A DNA stretch of 38,453 bases from Dehalococcoidia bacterium (lineage in GTDB: Bacteria > Chloroflexota > Dehalococcoidia > GIF9 > AB-539-J10): the NCBI GenBank assembly GCA_004377135.1, contig SOHS01000110.1, forward strand, positions 1-38,453, read 5' to 3'. This document shows, piece by piece, positions 9,642 to 20,482 of the stretch. The stretch's first letter is position 1, and each line of letters opens with the position of its first letter. The notes under the pieces are model-generated. The model worked only from the letters and a program-made list of their open reading frames with translations. It made no database searches and had not been told where the DNA came from. Both the position numbers and the translations under genes were made by a program.

Positions 9642-10085
9642 CTAAGCCTGTTTTACCTTCCCTCCAGCAGCGAGGATTTTTTTCTCCGCTGATGAAGAGA
9701 ATTTGTTAGCACTAATTAGCAATGGATGCTGGATATCGCCAGCGCCGAGAATTTTAGTCGGATGGTCCGTGGTATTAATCAGCCCCGCTCGAAGCAATTC
9801 CTTAGGGGTTACCTCACTTCCCGGGGGGAAAACGGCTAGTTTTCCTACATTGACAACATTATATTCAGTTTTAAAAATGTTAGTGAAACCCCTTTTCCGT
9901 GGCAGTCGTTTTATCAAAGGCAACTGCCCGCCTTCAAAGCCAGGGCGCACGCCACCACCGGCGCGAGCCTTTTGCCCTTTGCAACCTCGCCCTGAATAGG
10001 TGCCATGTCGGCTGCCATCTCCTCGACCTACGAGCTTTCTCTTGTGCTTAGCACCCTCAGGAGGCCGTAATTCATTCTGTTTCAT
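9642..10085 (-). CDS. rplO: 50S ribosomal protein L15
   Basis: 147 aa. Contains GRGDGSRHGTYSGRGCKGQKARAGG. Confidence 0.95.
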   Translation of the reverse strand: MKQNELRPPEGAKHKRKLVGRGDGSRHGTYSGRGCKGQKARAGGGVRPGFEGGQLPLIKRLPRKRGFTNIFKTEYNVVNVGKLAVFPPGSEVTPKELLRAGLINTTDHPTKILGAGDIQHPLLISANKFSSSAEKKILAAGGKVKQA

Positions 10086-10632
10086 CTACCTTTACTTCCT
10101 GAGCTTCCCCAACACTCATATCTGTAAGTGCTTGGTGAAACGCCGCTTCTTCACCTTTCCTCAAGTTAGCCAGGGCAAGTATCGTCGCCTTAGCTACGTT
10201 TATTTTGCTTGGTCCACCTAATGATTTGCCAAGGGCGTCTTTTATGCCTGCCAATTCAAGCACTGCTCGAGTAGTATTGTTGACAATTAAGCCTGTGCCA
10301 GGCGCCGCTGGCTTCAGTAAGATTTTGGATGCACCGAACTTGGCTAGAATTTCATGAGGAATGGTATTGTCCTTGATAGGGACCTCAATCAGCCCCCTCC
10401 TCGCCATAGCACCTGCCTTGCGAACTGCTTCGGGAACCGCTGCCGCTTTAGCCAAACCAAATCCGACATGCCCTTGGCCATCACCAACTACCACTGATGC
10501 TCTGAACCGAAGGTGTCTACCACCTTTGACCACTTTAGTTACACGGTCAATGCCTAACAGTTTCTCTTCGAGACTCAGTTCCGAGGCATCGATTTTGGCC
10601 TTCTTCCCTCTTACTTTGGTAACCGCTTTCAT
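10072..10632 (-). CDS. rpsE: 30S ribosomal protein S5
   Basis: 186 aa. Contains [22 protein letters not shown]. The 3' end overlaps rplO by 14 nt. Confidence 0.95.
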   Translation of the reverse strand: MKAVTKVRGKKAKIDASELSLEEKLLGIDRVTKVVKGGRHLRFRASVVVGDGQGHVGFGLAKAAAVPEAVRKAGAMARRGLIEVPIKDNTIPHEILAKFGASKILLKPAAPGTGLIVNNTTRAVLELAGIKDALGKSLGGPSKINVAKATILALANLRKGEEAAFHQALTDMSVGEAQEVKVDETE

Positions 10633-10642
10633 AAGCTAACTC

Positions 10643-11017
10643 TCAAAATTCTAATCCAGCTTTCCTGGCAGCCTCGGCTAAAGCCTTAACCCTGCCGTGA
10701 TACTTATAGCCACCACGATCAAAAACCACCTGTTTGATCCCTTTATTTAATGCTCTCTCCGCAAGTAAAGTTCCTACTTCCACAGCCTTCTTGGTTTTCA
10801 CCATTCCATTGGTTTTGCCTCTCATCTGAGAGTCAAGAGTGCTCATTGAGACCAAAGTCTGGCCCCTAGAATCATCAATAAGCTGGGCATGGATATGATT
10901 CAAGCTGCGGAAGACACATAATCGAGGACGTGATATTGTTCCCGTTACTTTTTGCCTCACCCTTCTGTGTCGTATCCTTCTTGTTTCCTTTGAATCTCTT
11001 TCGTTCATTACAGCCAC
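10643..11017 (-). CDS. rplR: 50S ribosomal protein L18
   Basis: 124 aa. Contains [18 protein letters not shown] and [20 protein letters not shown]. Confidence 0.95.
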   Translation of the reverse strand: MAVMNERDSKETRRIRHRRVRQKVTGTISRPRLCVFRSLNHIHAQLIDDSRGQTLVSMSTLDSQMRGKTNGMVKTKKAVEVGTLLAERALNKGIKQVVFDRGGYKYHGRVKALAEAARKAGLEF

Positions 11018-11565
11018 TATTTCTTGCCTATTTTGCCCGCTTTGCCAGGTTTAAGACGTAGCTCTTCATCAAAGTATTTAATGCCTTTCCCTTTATAGGA
11101 GTCAGCAGGGCGTATCGCCCGAATTCTAGCAGCTGTTTCTCCAACTACTTCTTTATCAATACCAGTGACGCGAATACGATTTGCCCCTTCAACACTAATA
11201 CTAATACCAGGAGGGGGGGGGAACTCCACAGCATTGGCATATCCCACTTGGAACAACAGCTTGTCGCCAGTTTTTTGCGCCTTGTAGCCCACGCCATTTA
11301 TTTCCAAGACTTTTTCAAAACCTTTGTTCACCCCTGTAACCATATTTGCCAGAAGACTACGAGTGAGCCCATGTAAAGAACGATGAAGTTTACTATCACT
11401 GGGGCGGGTTACAATCAAGCACTCATCCTTCAAAGTGATAGAAATGTCAGGGTGAAACCGTCGCCGGAGTTCTCCCTTACTTCCTTTTACCATAACTTCG
11501 CTTCCCTCAATATTTACCTCGGTACTTTGAGGTATATCAATGGGAAGCAAGCCAATACGAGACAT
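11017..11565 (-). CDS. rplF: 50S ribosomal protein L6
   Basis: 182 aa, starting [12 protein letters not shown], with [12 protein letters not shown]. Confidence 0.95.
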   Translation of the reverse strand: MSRIGLLPIDIPQSTEVNIEGSEVMVKGSKGELRRRFHPDISITLKDECLIVTRPSDSKLHRSLHGLTRSLLANMVTGVNKGFEKVLEINGVGYKAQKTGDKLLFQVGYANAVEFPPPPGISISVEGANRIRVTGIDKEVVGETAARIRAIRPADSYKGKGIKYFDEELRLKPGKAGKIGKK

Positions 11566-11587
11566 AATTCACTGCTCCTGAGTTAAT

Positions 11588-11983
11588 TTACCACACATAG
11601 CATAGAATTTCACCGCCAAGACGCTGCCGCCATGCCTCCTGGCCAGTCATAATACCTTTGGATGTGGATAGAATGGCTATGCCCAAGCCCCCATAAACAC
11701 GGGGGATTTCACGCCTTTCCGCATAGATTCTTAAGCTCGGCTTGCTCGCCCTTTCTAACCCTAAGATTGCAGGCTGGTCACCTGTGTACTTGAGGTAGAT
11801 TTTTATCATTGTCTGCGGTTTACCTTTAAGCACTTCATAACGGTCAATAAAACCCTCTTCATTAAGTATTTTGGCGATAGAAAGCTTTATTTTGGAGGAG
11901 GGCACAAGCACACTCTCGTGGCTTGCCATGATAGCGTTGCGTATCCTGGTCAACATATCAGCGATAGGGTCAATAATTGTCAT
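11588..11983 (-). CDS. rpsH: 30S ribosomal protein S8
   Basis: 131 aa. Contains [13 protein letters not shown] and ends GGEILCYVW. Confidence 0.95.
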   Translation of the reverse strand: MTIIDPIADMLTRIRNAIMASHESVLVPSSKIKLSIAKILNEEGFIDRYEVLKGKPQTMIKIYLKYTGDQPAILGLERASKPSLRIYAERREIPRVYGGLGIAILSTSKGIMTGQEAWRQRLGGEILCYVW

Positions 11984-11989
11984 TTTTCT

Positions 11990-12175
11990 CTACCAGCTTG
12001 ACTTCCTTATCCCGGGGATTACACCAGTTACAGCAAGCTCTCGGAAACAAATACGGCACAAGCCAAATTTACGCATATAAGCACGCGGCCTGCCGCATAA
12101 TTGACAACGATTACGTTGCTGCACCTTATACTTTGGTGTCCGTTTTGACTGCACAATCTTAGATAACTTCGCCAT
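11990..12175 (-). CDS. rpsN: 30S ribosomal protein S14, zinc-binding type Z
   Basis: 61 aa with CQLCGR...CRIC zinc-ribbon cysteines. Confidence 0.95.
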   Translation of the reverse strand: MAKLSKIVQSKRTPKYKVQQRNRCQLCGRPRAYMRKFGLCRICFRELAVTGVIPGIRKSSW

Positions 12176-12176
12176 A

Positions 12177-12728
12177 TCAAGTTCTCCTGAAAGGCATGCC
12201 CATTAGCTCCAACAAAGTCCTGGCTTCATCATCGTTCTCGGCTGTAGTAACAATGGTTACCTCGAGGCCGCGAATTTTGTCTACTTTATCGTAATCAATC
12301 TCAGGGAAACCTATCTGTTCTTTCATGCCCAGGCTGTAGTTTCCTCGACCATCGAACGAATCCCGTGATACTCCGCGGAAATCTCGAAACCTCGGTAGAA
12401 CAACATTAACCAGCTTGTCAAAAAAATCGTACATCCGCTTACCTCGCAAAGTCACCATCATCCCAATAGGCATACCAGCCCGTAGTTTGAAAGAGGAGAT
12501 AGACCTTTTTGCCCGTGTCGTCACCGGATGTTGCCCTGAAATTGTAGTTAGGTCCTTCTCCGCTGCTTCAAGAGCTTTAGGCTCCTGTGTTGCTTCGCCC
12601 AAACCAATGCTAAGTACAATCTTTCTCAACCTGGGCAATCCCATTACATTGTCATAGCCTAGCCTAGCTTTAAGTTGAGGAGCTAATTCAGCTAAATATT
12701 TTTCCTCCAGGCGAGATTTCATAACCAA
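12177..12728 (-). CDS. rplE: 50S ribosomal protein L5
   Basis: 183 aa. Contains the [25 protein letters not shown] block. Confidence 0.95.
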   Translation of the reverse strand: MVMKSRLEEKYLAELAPQLKARLGYDNVMGLPRLRKIVLSIGLGEATQEPKALEAAEKDLTTISGQHPVTTRAKRSISSFKLRAGMPIGMMVTLRGKRMYDFFDKLVNVVLPRFRDFRGVSRDSFDGRGNYSLGMKEQIGFPEIDYDKVDKIRGLEVTIVTTAENDDEARTLLELMGMPFRRT

Positions 12729-12733
12729 CTTCC

Positions 12734-13045
12734 TTAGTCAATCACCTCTTGACATGATTTGCAAACTCGAACCCTTTTGCCGTCTGCCAAAAATTGGAAG
12801 CCCACTCGCGTAGGTTTGCCACATTTACTACATACCAACATTACGTTGGATACATGGATTGGAGCTTCAAGCTCAATTATGCCAGCTTGGCGAGCAGCCC
12901 TGCGGGCACGGGAATGGCGCTTAATCATATTGGCGCCTTCTACTATCACCCTCTCTTCGTCAGGCCAGGTACGGCGCACTTTTCCCCTTTTCCCACTGTC
13001 TTTGCCAGCAGTTATGACAACCGTATCATCTTTTCTGATTTTCAT
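12734..13045 (-). CDS. rplX: 50S ribosomal protein L24
   Basis: 103 aa, starting [23 protein letters not shown] (KOW motif). Confidence 0.95.
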   Translation of the reverse strand: MKIRKDDTVVITAGKDSGKRGKVRRTWPDEERVIVEGANMIKRHSRARRAARQAGIIELEAPIHVSNVMLVCSKCGKPTRVGFQFLADGKRVRVCKSCQEVID

Positions 13046-13046
13046 T

Positions 13047-13412
13047 TTACAAGACCTCAGGGGCCAAGGATATTATTTTGGCAAAGTTTTTATCTCTAAG
13101 TTCTCGGGCTACAGGACCAAAAATACGGCTGCCCTTAGGATTATTTTTATCACCAAGAACGACTGCGGCATTCTCATCAAATCTGATATAGGAGCCATCA
13201 GAGCGGCGATAAGGCTTAGTCACACGCACAACCACAGCCTTCACTACCTCACCCTTCTTCACCATCCCATGGGGCATGGCTCGCTTCACAGTGGCTACAA
13301 TAATATCACCTATATGAGCATATTTCCTTGCCCCAACAGAGACATTAATGCACATAATTTGCTTAGCCCCAGTATTATCAGCTATCTTCAGTCTAGTATA
13401 AGTCTGAATCAT
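13047..13412 (-). CDS. rplN: 50S ribosomal protein L14
   Basis: 121 aa, starting [17 protein letters not shown]. Confidence 0.95.
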   Translation of the reverse strand: MIQTYTRLKIADNTGAKQIMCINVSVGARKYAHIGDIIVATVKRAMPHGMVKKGEVVKAVVVRVTKPYRRSDGSYIRFDENAAVVLGDKNNPKGSRIFGPVARELRDKNFAKIISLAPEVL

Positions 13413-13696
13413 TTCTTTTTCTTTGGGCTGGTTTCAACCATTTCCTTCTTAGACATTATCTCCGTTACCCGCCAACTCTTCTCCTTGGACAAAGGGCGAA
13501 TCTCCACAATCTTCACTTTGTCTCCAATTTTACAGGCATTATTTTCATCATGAGCCTTATATTTTTTGGTAACTTTGATAGCTTTCTTATAGAGTGGGTG
13601 AACTTTCCTGGTTTCCACTGCTACCACAACAGTTCTATTCATTTTGTCACTCACCACCAAGCCTTCTCTAACCTTTCTTTTCCCGAGATCACTCAT
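13409..13696 (-). CDS. rpsQ: 30S ribosomal protein S17
   Basis: 95 aa. Contains [17 protein letters not shown] and KYKAHDE. Confidence 0.95.
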   Translation of the reverse strand: MSDLGKRKVREGLVVSDKMNRTVVVAVETRKVHPLYKKAIKVTKKYKAHDENNACKIGDKVKIVEIRPLSKEKSWRVTEIMSKKEMVETSPKKKK

Positions 13697-13917
13697 CTTA
13701 CTGTGCCAAGTTCCCTTTCTCTTAAAATAGTTTCTATTCTGGCAATCCTTTTCTTCACTCTAGGGATCTCCCGATGATTCCCCAGCTGTCTAGTAGCCAA
13801 GCGAAAACGGAGGTTAAAAAGTTCCTCATGAGCCTCTGTAAGCTTCGTTAATAGTTCTTCATTGTTGAGAGCGCGTATTTCGCTAGCTTTCAACTTACTG
13901 CCTCTCCTTCCTGACAA
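13693..13917 (-). CDS. rpmC: 50S ribosomal protein L29
   Basis: 74 aa. Contains [14 protein letters not shown]. Confidence 0.9.
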   Translation of the reverse strand: MSGRRGSKLKASEIRALNNEELLTKLTEAHEELFNLRFRLATRQLGNHREIPRVKKRIARIETILRERELGTVR

Positions 13918-14308
13918 AACTAGTAGCTATAGGGAGCTTGTAGGAAGCAAGATGGGCTGCCTCCGAAGCCACATCCTCCTTTACATCAGCCAATTCGAAC
14001 AGGATTTTGCCTCTCTTAACTACGGCTACCCAGTGATCCGGAGCACCTTTCCCGCTACCCATCCTTGTCTCCGCAGGTTTTTTTGTCACAGATTTGTCAG
14101 GGAAAACTCGTATCCACAGCTTACCACCACGATGCAAGTGGCGGACAAATACGCGACGCGTTGCCTCAATTTGTCGCGCTGTTACCCAAGCGGATTCTTC
14201 AGCCCTAATGCCAAAGTCACCAAAAACAATGGTATCCCCGCTCTGGGCACTACCTTTTAGCCTTCCTCTATGTACCTTGCGGTACTTCACCCGTTTCGGC
14301 TGTAGCAT
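13895..14308 (-). CDS. rplP: 50S ribosomal protein L16
   Basis: Start taken at the internal ATG (14308), giving [16 protein letters not shown], preceded by AAGGAG. The longer ORF in the track is an upstream extension into rpsC. Confidence 0.93.
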   Translation of the reverse strand: MLQPKRVKYRKVHRGRLKGSAQSGDTIVFGDFGIRAEESAWVTARQIEATRRVFVRHLHRGGKLWIRVFPDKSVTKKPAETRMGSGKGAPDHWVAVVKRGKILFELADVKEDVASEAAHLASYKLPIATSFVRKERQ

Positions 14309-14948
14309 TTTTCTCCTTCTTTTCAGGGATAATATCGCCCTTATAAATCCACACTTTAACCCCAATACGCCCCATCAATGTATGGGCTTCAGTAAAACCA
14401 TAATCGATATTGGCACGTAACTTATGCAACGGCATTTGACCTTGACGGACAGTTTCACTTCTAGCAATTTCAAGCCCACCAAGTCTTCCATTGCAGTTTA
14501 CCTTTATTCCCTTAGCACCAGCTTGCAAAGTTCGGAAGGTTGCTTGCCTCATAGCCCGCCGGAAAGGGATTCTCTCTTCAAGCCGCTCAGCTATGCTCCG
14601 AGCCACCAAAGGAGCTTCAAGCTCCGGGTGCTCAACTTCTCTAATGGTCAATCTAATTTTATCCCCACTGACTTTTTCCAAGTCCGACTTCAGTATTTCT
14701 ACATTTTGTCCCCCTCGGCCAATCAAGATGCCAGGACGAGCTGAGTAAAGAGTTAAATGTACCTCGTCTCCCGGCCGTTCAATTTCCACCCGAGCAACCG
14801 CTCCTCCAGGACATTGTTGTTCAACAACTCTGCGTAGCTTTAAATCATCCAATAAAAACTGTTTATAATTCTTCTCAGCATACCACTTGGCTCGCCAATC
14901 CTGGTTAATCCCCAGCCTGAAACCACAAGGATGAACTTTATGTCCCAA
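14268..14948 (-). CDS. rpsC: 30S ribosomal protein S3
   Basis: 226 aa, starting [13 protein letters not shown], with a KH domain. Confidence 0.95.
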   Translation of the reverse strand: MGHKVHPCGFRLGINQDWRAKWYAEKNYKQFLLDDLKLRRVVEQQCPGGAVARVEIERPGDEVHLTLYSARPGILIGRGGQNVEILKSDLEKVSGDKIRLTIREVEHPELEAPLVARSIAERLEERIPFRRAMRQATFRTLQAGAKGIKVNCNGRLGGLEIARSETVRQGQMPLHKLRANIDYGFTEAHTLMGRIGVKVWIYKGDIIPEKKEKNATAETGEVPQGT

Positions 14949-14950
14949 AA

Positions 14951-15289
14951 CTATTCCTCCTCTTCAGTAACGAAAACTGTAATATTGCTAGACCGTTTTA
15001 AGATAGGACTTATCCTCCCTCTCGACTGAGGGCGGAATCTCTTCAAGGTATGCCCTTGATCAGCAAATATATCAGTGATTCTAAGCTCAGCAGGCGACAT
15101 TTGAAAATTGTTTTCAGCATTTGCTACCGCCGATTTAATTACTTTAGACACAGCCTTGGCTGTGGGGGTAGGCAAAAAACTGAGGGTATTCAACGCCTCG
15201 CTAACTTTTCTGCCTCTAACCATATTTATCACTAACCGAACCTTCTGAGGCGAAATGCCAACTTCCTTAGCTACTGCTTTTACCTTCAT
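14951..15289 (-). CDS. rplV: 50S ribosomal protein L22
   Basis: 112 aa. Position and L22 core (ISPQKVRLVINMVRG). Confidence 0.95.
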   Translation of the reverse strand: MKVKAVAKEVGISPQKVRLVINMVRGRKVSEALNTLSFLPTPTAKAVSKVIKSAVANAENNFQMSPAELRITDIFADQGHTLKRFRPQSRGRISPILKRSSNITVFVTEEEE

Positions 15290-15295
15290 TCCGTC

Positions 15296-15586
15296 TTATT
15301 TTATCCTTGCCTGTTCAGTTATTTTAGCTTTGGTGATATGGCCTCTGAATGTCCTGGTAGCCGCAAATTCTGCCAATTTATGCCCCACCATATTTTCAGT
15401 GATGAAAATGGGCACATGCTTTCTGCCATTATGCACTGCAATAGTATGACCTATCATTTGAGGCAAAATAGTAGAGGAGCGAGACCATGTCTTTATCACT
15501 GTCTTTTCGCCCGAATTATTGAGCGCTTCTATTTTCTTAAACAATTTAGCATCGCAAAAGGGCCCTTTCTTAAGTGACCGTGACAT
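15296..15586 (-). CDS. rpsS: 30S ribosomal protein S19
   Basis: 96 aa, starting [10 protein letters not shown], with [24 protein letters not shown]-like block. Confidence 0.95.
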   Translation of the reverse strand: MSRSLKKGPFCDAKLFKKIEALNNSGEKTVIKTWSRSSTILPQMIGHTIAVHNGRKHVPIFITENMVGHKLAEFAATRTFRGHITKAKITEQARIK

Positions 15587-16409
15587 CTTCTTGCCTCCGT
15601 TTGAGAATCATTTTGTCTGATGTTTTACGACGACGTGTCTTAGCCCCCAAAGCTGGCTTTCCCCAGGGAGTTTTCGGATGCATTCCTCGCGGAGCTCTGC
15701 CCTCCCCACCTCCATGTGGGTGGTCACGAGGAGTCATAGCAGAACCCCTGACCGTAGGCCGCCAACCTGACCATCTTCTCTTTCCAGCTTTGCCTAACTT
15801 TATATTTTCGTGGTCAACGTTGCCTATCTGACCAATAGTAGCCCAGCACTTTTGATGAAATTTACGTAGTTCACCCGAAGGGAGTTTAAGTACAACATAT
15901 TGGCCCTCCTTGCTTATAATTTGGGCAGAACTCCCTGCGCTATGAACAAGCTTTCCTCCTTTGCCTGGCTCAAACTCAATATTATGCACTAAAGTTCCCA
16001 CAGGAATAGATTCCAACGGGAGAGCATTCCCAAGTTTTATATCAACATCCTCGCCTGCCTGTATAGTTTCACCCAACTTGATGCCCAAAGGGGCGATTAT
16101 ATAGCGCTTTTCTCCATCAGCATAATGAATTAGGGCAATGCGAGCTGCCCTATTAGGGTCATATTCAATGGAAGCTATTTTTCCAGGAACGGTAATTTTA
16201 TCCCTCTTAAAATCGATAAGGCGAAGTTTCCGCTTACTGCCGCCACCTCGATGACGCACAGTTATAACACCTCGGCTATTACGCCCTGCTTTCTTTTTCA
16301 GCGGCACCAGTAAGGATTTCTCAGGAGCTACCTTGGTTAACTCTTCAAAAGTAGCGCCAGACATAAATCTCCTGCCCGGAGAAGTTGGATTATAAGTCTT
16401 TAATCCCAC
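15570..16409 (-). CDS. rplB: 50S ribosomal protein L2
   Basis: 279 aa with a GTG start preceded by AAGGAG. Contains [14 protein letters not shown]. Confidence 0.95.
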   Translation of the reverse strand: MGLKTYNPTSPGRRFMSGATFEELTKVAPEKSLLVPLKKKAGRNSRGVITVRHRGGGSKRKLRLIDFKRDKITVPGKIASIEYDPNRAARIALIHYADGEKRYIIAPLGIKLGETIQAGEDVDIKLGNALPLESIPVGTLVHNIEFEPGKGGKLVHSAGSSAQIISKEGQYVVLKLPSGELRKFHQKCWATIGQIGNVDHENIKLGKAGKRRWSGWRPTVRGSAMTPRDHPHGGGEGRAPRGMHPKTPWGKPALGAKTRRRKTSDKMILKRRQEDVTVT

Positions 16410-16419
16410 GAATCGCTCC

Positions 16420-16515
16420 TTATTTGTGCGTCCTTTGCCAGCGAGTTTTTTTAAGAAGTTTCTTATGTCTGTGTTTGGACATCTTCTTTTTTCTCCACTT
16501 AACGACTGAACCCAT
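16420..16515 (-). CDS. small basic protein resembling ribosomal protein bS22 (AURKAIP1/COX24-like), unannotated
   Basis: Hand translation gives [31 protein letters not shown] followed by a stop. The ATG overlaps the rplW stop (TAATG) and GAGGG lies 8 nt upstream. Its stop is embedded in the rplB Shine-Dalgarno. It closely resembles the mycobacterial bS22 sequence as I remember it ([33 protein letters not shown]). Confidence 0.7.
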   Translation of the reverse strand: MGSVVKWRKKKMSKHRHKKLLKKTRWQRTHK

Positions 16516-16823
16516 TATATACCCTCAAAGAAAGTAATTTTGTGTCCCGGTGCCAAGGTAACTATTGCCTTTTTCCAAGGTGAGCTAGTTACTTGCCTCC
16601 TGCCAAATCTTCTTGTCTTGCCAGGCACCGTCATTACATTGACTTTATTTACCTTTACCTTGAAAGCTTGTTCCACTGCCTCCTTAATCTGAGACCCGGT
16701 AGCCTTGCTAGCAACCTTAAAGGCATATTTATCTCTCTCCTTAAGCGAAGTAGCCTTCTCTGTAATTAAAGGACGCCGCAGAACTTCATAAAGATGCAAT
16801 TTATTTACCCCAAATTTGCTCAA
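16515..16823 (-). CDS. rplW: 50S ribosomal protein L23
   Basis: L23 core LYEVLRRPLITEKA. The ORF-track start (TTG at 16823) overlaps rplD by 23 nt. An alternative TTG at 16799, 1 nt after the rplD stop, is equally plausible. Confidence 0.9.
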   Translation of the reverse strand: MSKFGVNKLHLYEVLRRPLITEKATSLKERDKYAFKVASKATGSQIKEAVEQAFKVKVNKVNVMTVPGKTRRFGRRQVTSSPWKKAIVTLAPGHKITFFEGI

Positions 16824-17424
16824 TGTTGCGTATTGCCGGTACGGTGGCTACCAATATTTCATAAGAAAGTAAATCCAATACATTAATTAGGTTCGAAGGA
16901 AGGACCTTAACTTCAGGCAAATTAGCCGCTGATTTAACCACATGTGACGTGGACTGAGCAGTAAGAATCAAAGTGGAGGAATCGATGCCAAGCGAGGACA
17001 GAACATTTATCATGTCTTTTGTCTTTGGTTCCTCAAAATCAAGTTCCTGCAACAGTCTTATATTTCCTTCTCTAACTTTAGCAGAGAGAAGGCATTTCAA
17101 AGCTAACTTCCTCATTTTCCGGGGCATCGACTGGCGATAGGTGCGCGGCTTGGGGCCAAAAACTACCCCACCTCCCCTAAGCAGCGGTGATTTTATATCA
17201 CCCCTTCGCGCTCTGCCAGTATGCTTTTGGCGATAGAGTTTTCTTGTGCTCCCCTTAACATCTCCCCTGGTCTTGGTAGACACAGTACCATGGCGTCTAT
17301 TGGCTAATTGGCCGACCATTGCTTGATGAACTACCGCTCCATTAAAGGGAAGATTAAAAACAGCCTGGCTAAGCTCTATCTGGTCAACAACTTCACCGTT
17401 TAAAGTATAAACTGGCACTTTCAT
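16801..17424 (-). CDS. rplD: 50S ribosomal protein L4
   Basis: 207 aa. Contains [35 protein letters not shown]. Confidence 0.95.
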   Translation of the reverse strand: MKVPVYTLNGEVVDQIELSQAVFNLPFNGAVVHQAMVGQLANRRHGTVSTKTRGDVKGSTRKLYRQKHTGRARRGDIKSPLLRGGGVVFGPKPRTYRQSMPRKMRKLALKCLLSAKVREGNIRLLQELDFEEPKTKDMINVLSSLGIDSSTLILTAQSTSHVVKSAANLPEVKVLPSNLINVLDLLSYEILVATVPAIRNIEQIWGK

Positions 17425-17430
17425 TTCCTG

Positions 17431-18057
17431 TTACCTTACTTTTTCAATTATTAACAATCCACCAGTGGCTCCAGGTACTGCACCCTTCACCAAAAGCAAA
17501 TTACTCTCTGGGTCAGCTTGAATTACCTCGAGATTATGCGCTGTCACTCTCCTATTTCCCATATGTCCTGCCATGCGTTTCCCTTTAAGCACGCGCCCGG
17601 GAAAAGTGGTAGCTCCAATTGAACCAGGGGCGCGATGGCGGTCAGTTTGGCCGTGGGTCTTTGGCCCACCGGCAAAATGGTACCGCTTAACCACGCCAGC
17701 AAAGCCCTTGCCCTTAGAAAAGCCAGTTACGTTTATCAGGTCACCTTGCTTTAGAAAGCCAACATCCACTTTGTCACCCATCTTGACCGAGCTAATATCA
17801 TCGGTCCTGAATTCGCGAAGATAGCGAACGTTCTCTAAGCCTCGAAGATGTCCCTTCTCCGAAGAGTTGAGCTGAGATTGCTTCACCTTGTTCTCAATAA
17901 AGCCCACTTGGATAGCATCATAACCATCTCTGTCCCGGCTCTTTATCTGAGTTACCACGGAAGGCCCGGCTTGAATAGCGGTTACTGCCATCGCCTCTCC
18001 GTTTTCCTGAAACAGTTGCGTCATGCCTATTTTTCTACCAATAATGCCTGTAAACAT
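17431..18057 (-). CDS. rplC: 50S ribosomal protein L3
   Basis: 208 aa. Contains GIIGRKIGMTQLF and FAGVVKRYHFAGGPKTHGQ. Confidence 0.95.
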   Translation of the reverse strand: MFTGIIGRKIGMTQLFQENGEAMAVTAIQAGPSVVTQIKSRDRDGYDAIQVGFIENKVKQSQLNSSEKGHLRGLENVRYLREFRTDDISSVKMGDKVDVGFLKQGDLINVTGFSKGKGFAGVVKRYHFAGGPKTHGQTDRHRAPGSIGATTFPGRVLKGKRMAGHMGNRRVTAHNLEVIQADPESNLLLVKGAVPGATGGLLIIEKVR

Positions 18058-18065
18058 GGTTTTAA

Positions 18066-18374
18066 CTACAACTTAATATCTATCTCTACTCCAGATGCCA
18101 GGTCAAGGTGACTCAGGGCATCTATAGTCTTGGAACTCGGCTGCAAAATATCAATTAACCTCTTATGGGTCCTGATTTCAAACTGCTCCCTGGAATCTTT
18201 ATCAATATTAGGGGAGCGAATAACGCAAAATTTTTCAATATCAGTGGGTAGAGGTACCGGGCCAACCACTATAGCCCCGGTGCGTTCCACTGTTTCCAGT
18301 ATTTGCCTTACTGCTTGATCAGCCAACTTATGGTCGAAGCTTTTAATTTTGATACGAACTTTCTGGTCAATCAT
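18066..18374 (-). CDS. rpsJ: 30S ribosomal protein S10
   Basis: 102 aa. Contains [16 protein letters not shown]. Its ATG overlaps the fusA TGA (ATGA). Confidence 0.95.
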   Translation of the reverse strand: MIDQKVRIKIKSFDHKLADQAVRQILETVERTGAIVVGPVPLPTDIEKFCVIRSPNIDKDSREQFEIRTHKRLIDILQPSSKTIDALSHLDLASGVEIDIKL

Positions 18375-20440
18375 CTGCTTCCCCCCATTCTAGTCGCAAT
18401 TTGCTTAGCCAAATCCTGAGGCAATTGTTCATAGCGATGAAAGCACATAGTATGAGTCGCCCTTCCTTGACTGAGCGACCTCAAATCTCCAGCGAAACCG
18501 AATATTTCCGCTAGAGGAACAACACCACGGATAGTGGAGAACTCGGTGTGACTCTCAATGCCTTCGACGTGAGCCCTTCGAGAGTTTAAATCGCCAATAA
18601 TGTCCCCGAGGAACTGATTGGGAGTTGTTATCTCCACTTCCATAATTGGCTCGAGAATAACAGGTTTAGCTTTACCTATCCCATCCCTCATAGCCATGAA
18701 GGCTGCCATCCTGAAAGCCACATCTGAAGAATCGACCTCATGAAAACTTCCATCATACAAAGTCACCTTTACATCTATTACAGGGTAACCAGCTAATTCT
18801 CCGCTTTGTAAAGCTGACTTGGCACCGGCTTCTACTGAGGGAGTAAATCCCTTAGGTATGGCCCCGCTTCGAATCTGGTCACGAAACTCAAATCCGCTCC
18901 CACGCTCGCCTGGCTCAATTCTAAGCCAAACGTGCCCATATTGCCCTTTACCACCGGATTGACGTATAAATCTCCCCTCAGATTCCACAGGAAGGGTGAT
19001 TGTTTCCTTATAAGCGACCTGAGGCTTACCAGCATTGACCCTTATACCATATTCGCGAAATATACGCTCCATTAACACTTCGAGATGAAGTTCACCCATC
19101 CCCGAAATCAGAGTTTGACCTGTTTCCTTGTCATAGTAAACCTTGAATGTGGGGTCCTCCATAGCAAGTTTAGCCAGGGAATCATCTAACTTGTCCTGGT
19201 CGACTTTAGTTTTAGGTTCAACAGCCATGGAAAGCACCGGCTCGACAAATCGTATAGCCTCAAGAAGCACTGGTCGTGTGGGCTCGCAAAGGGTATCACC
19301 TGTCGAGGTCATCTTAAGTCCCAGGCTAGCTACAATGCTTCCGGTCTCAGTGTGGCCAATTTCCTCACGGTGATCGGCATGCATAACATATAGTTTTCCC
19401 AATCTCTCTTTCTTATCTATGCTGGAGTTCAAGACTTGTGCTCCGGCCTTTACCATGCCTGAGTACACACGCAAGTAAACCAGTCTACCCATAAACGGGT
19501 CAAAAACCGTTTTAAACGCCAACGCAGAAAAAGGTTCATCATCGCTCGCCAGACGAAGGATTTCCTCTCTACTTTTAGGATTTATAGCCGAGATGGGAGG
19601 AATATCTAGCGGCGAAGGGAGGTAATCTACAATAGCATCAAGCAATAACTGGATGCCTCTATCTCTCAAGGCACTGCCACAAAGGACAGGCACAATGCAG
19701 TTAGAAAGGGTCAGCCTTCTTATAGCCGCCTTAATTTGAGATGCGGACACATCTTGCCCATTAAGGTAGAGCATCATAATCTGCTCATCGAGCTCGGCTA
19801 AGTCCTCAATTAATGCCTGGCGATGCTTGGCCAGCAAAGTCTCGCTGCCCTCCTCAATTGAAGCTGAATTAGAATCAACCGGGAAAGAAACGACTTTGTT
19901 TTCCACAAGGTCAATGATGCCCCGAAAGAGTTTTTCACTTCCTATGGGGAGCTGTATGGGTAATGCCTTGATTCGCAACCTTTCATTAATCATGGTCACT
20001 GTGTGATGAAAATCAGCGCCAATCCTGTCCATTTTGTTAATAAAGCAAATCCTGGCCACGCCATATTTATCTGCCTGGCGCCACACAGCCTCTGATTGAG
20101 CTTCCACTCCAGCTACACCATCGAAAATCACCACACCACCATCTAACACACGGAGGCTACGCTCCACCTCAGCGGTAAAATCTACATGCCCAGGGGTGTC
20201 TATGATGTTTATACAATATTCACGCCAGTGACATGTGGTAGCCGCTGAAGTAATGGTAATACCTCGTTCTCTTTCTTGCTCCATCCAATCCATTACTGCA
20301 GTCCCCTCATCTACACTTCCCACCTTGTAAGTTCGCCTTGTGTGATGTAGTATCATTTCCGTGGCTGTGGTCTTGCCAGCATCTATATGAGCAATGATCC
20401 CTATATTCCGTATTTTTTCCAAAGGGAAAGTCCGCGACAT
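18371..20440 (-). CDS. fusA: elongation factor G
   Basis: GTPase motifs [21 protein letters not shown]. Start taken at the ATG at 20440 ([15 protein letters not shown]), preceded by AAGGA. The ORF track extends 12 codons upstream to a GTG. Confidence 0.93.
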   Translation of the reverse strand: MSRTFPLEKIRNIGIIAHIDAGKTTATEMILHHTRRTYKVGSVDEGTAVMDWMEQERERGITITSAATTCHWREYCINIIDTPGHVDFTAEVERSLRVLDGGVVIFDGVAGVEAQSEAVWRQADKYGVARICFINKMDRIGADFHHTVTMINERLRIKALPIQLPIGSEKLFRGIIDLVENKVVSFPVDSNSASIEEGSETLLAKHRQALIEDLAELDEQIMMLYLNGQDVSASQIKAAIRRLTLSNCIVPVLCGSALRDRGIQLLLDAIVDYLPSPLDIPPISAINPKSREEILRLASDDEPFSALAFKTVFDPFMGRLVYLRVYSGMVKAGAQVLNSSIDKKERLGKLYVMHADHREEIGHTETGSIVASLGLKMTSTGDTLCEPTRPVLLEAIRFVEPVLSMAVEPKTKVDQDKLDDSLAKLAMEDPTFKVYYDKETGQTLISGMGELHLEVLMERIFREYGIRVNAGKPQVAYKETITLPVESEGRFIRQSGGKGQYGHVWLRIEPGERGSGFEFRDQIRSGAIPKGFTPSVEAGAKSALQSGELAGYPVIDVKVTLYDGSFHEVDSSDVAFRMAAFMAMRDGIGKAKPVILEPIMEVEITTPNQFLGDIIGDLNSRRAHVEGIESHTEFSTIRGVVPLAEIFGFAGDLRSLSQGRATHTMCFHRYEQLPQDLAKQIATRMGGSR

Positions 20441-20482
20441 GAGTTTATCCTTTGCCTCAATTACTGCTTTTAACACGACTTC

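Noticed and set aside
12759-13553. Long plus-strand ORFs antisense to established genes: 12759-13553 (264 aa), 5827-6360 (177 aa), 25698-26303 (201 aa), 9703-9999, 26320-26682 and others.
   Set aside because: Each lies entirely opposite a confidently identified ribosomal or fab gene. Their compositions are low-complexity and Ser/Leu/Pro-rich, with no recognisable motifs and no Shine-Dalgarno. They are typical shadow ORFs.
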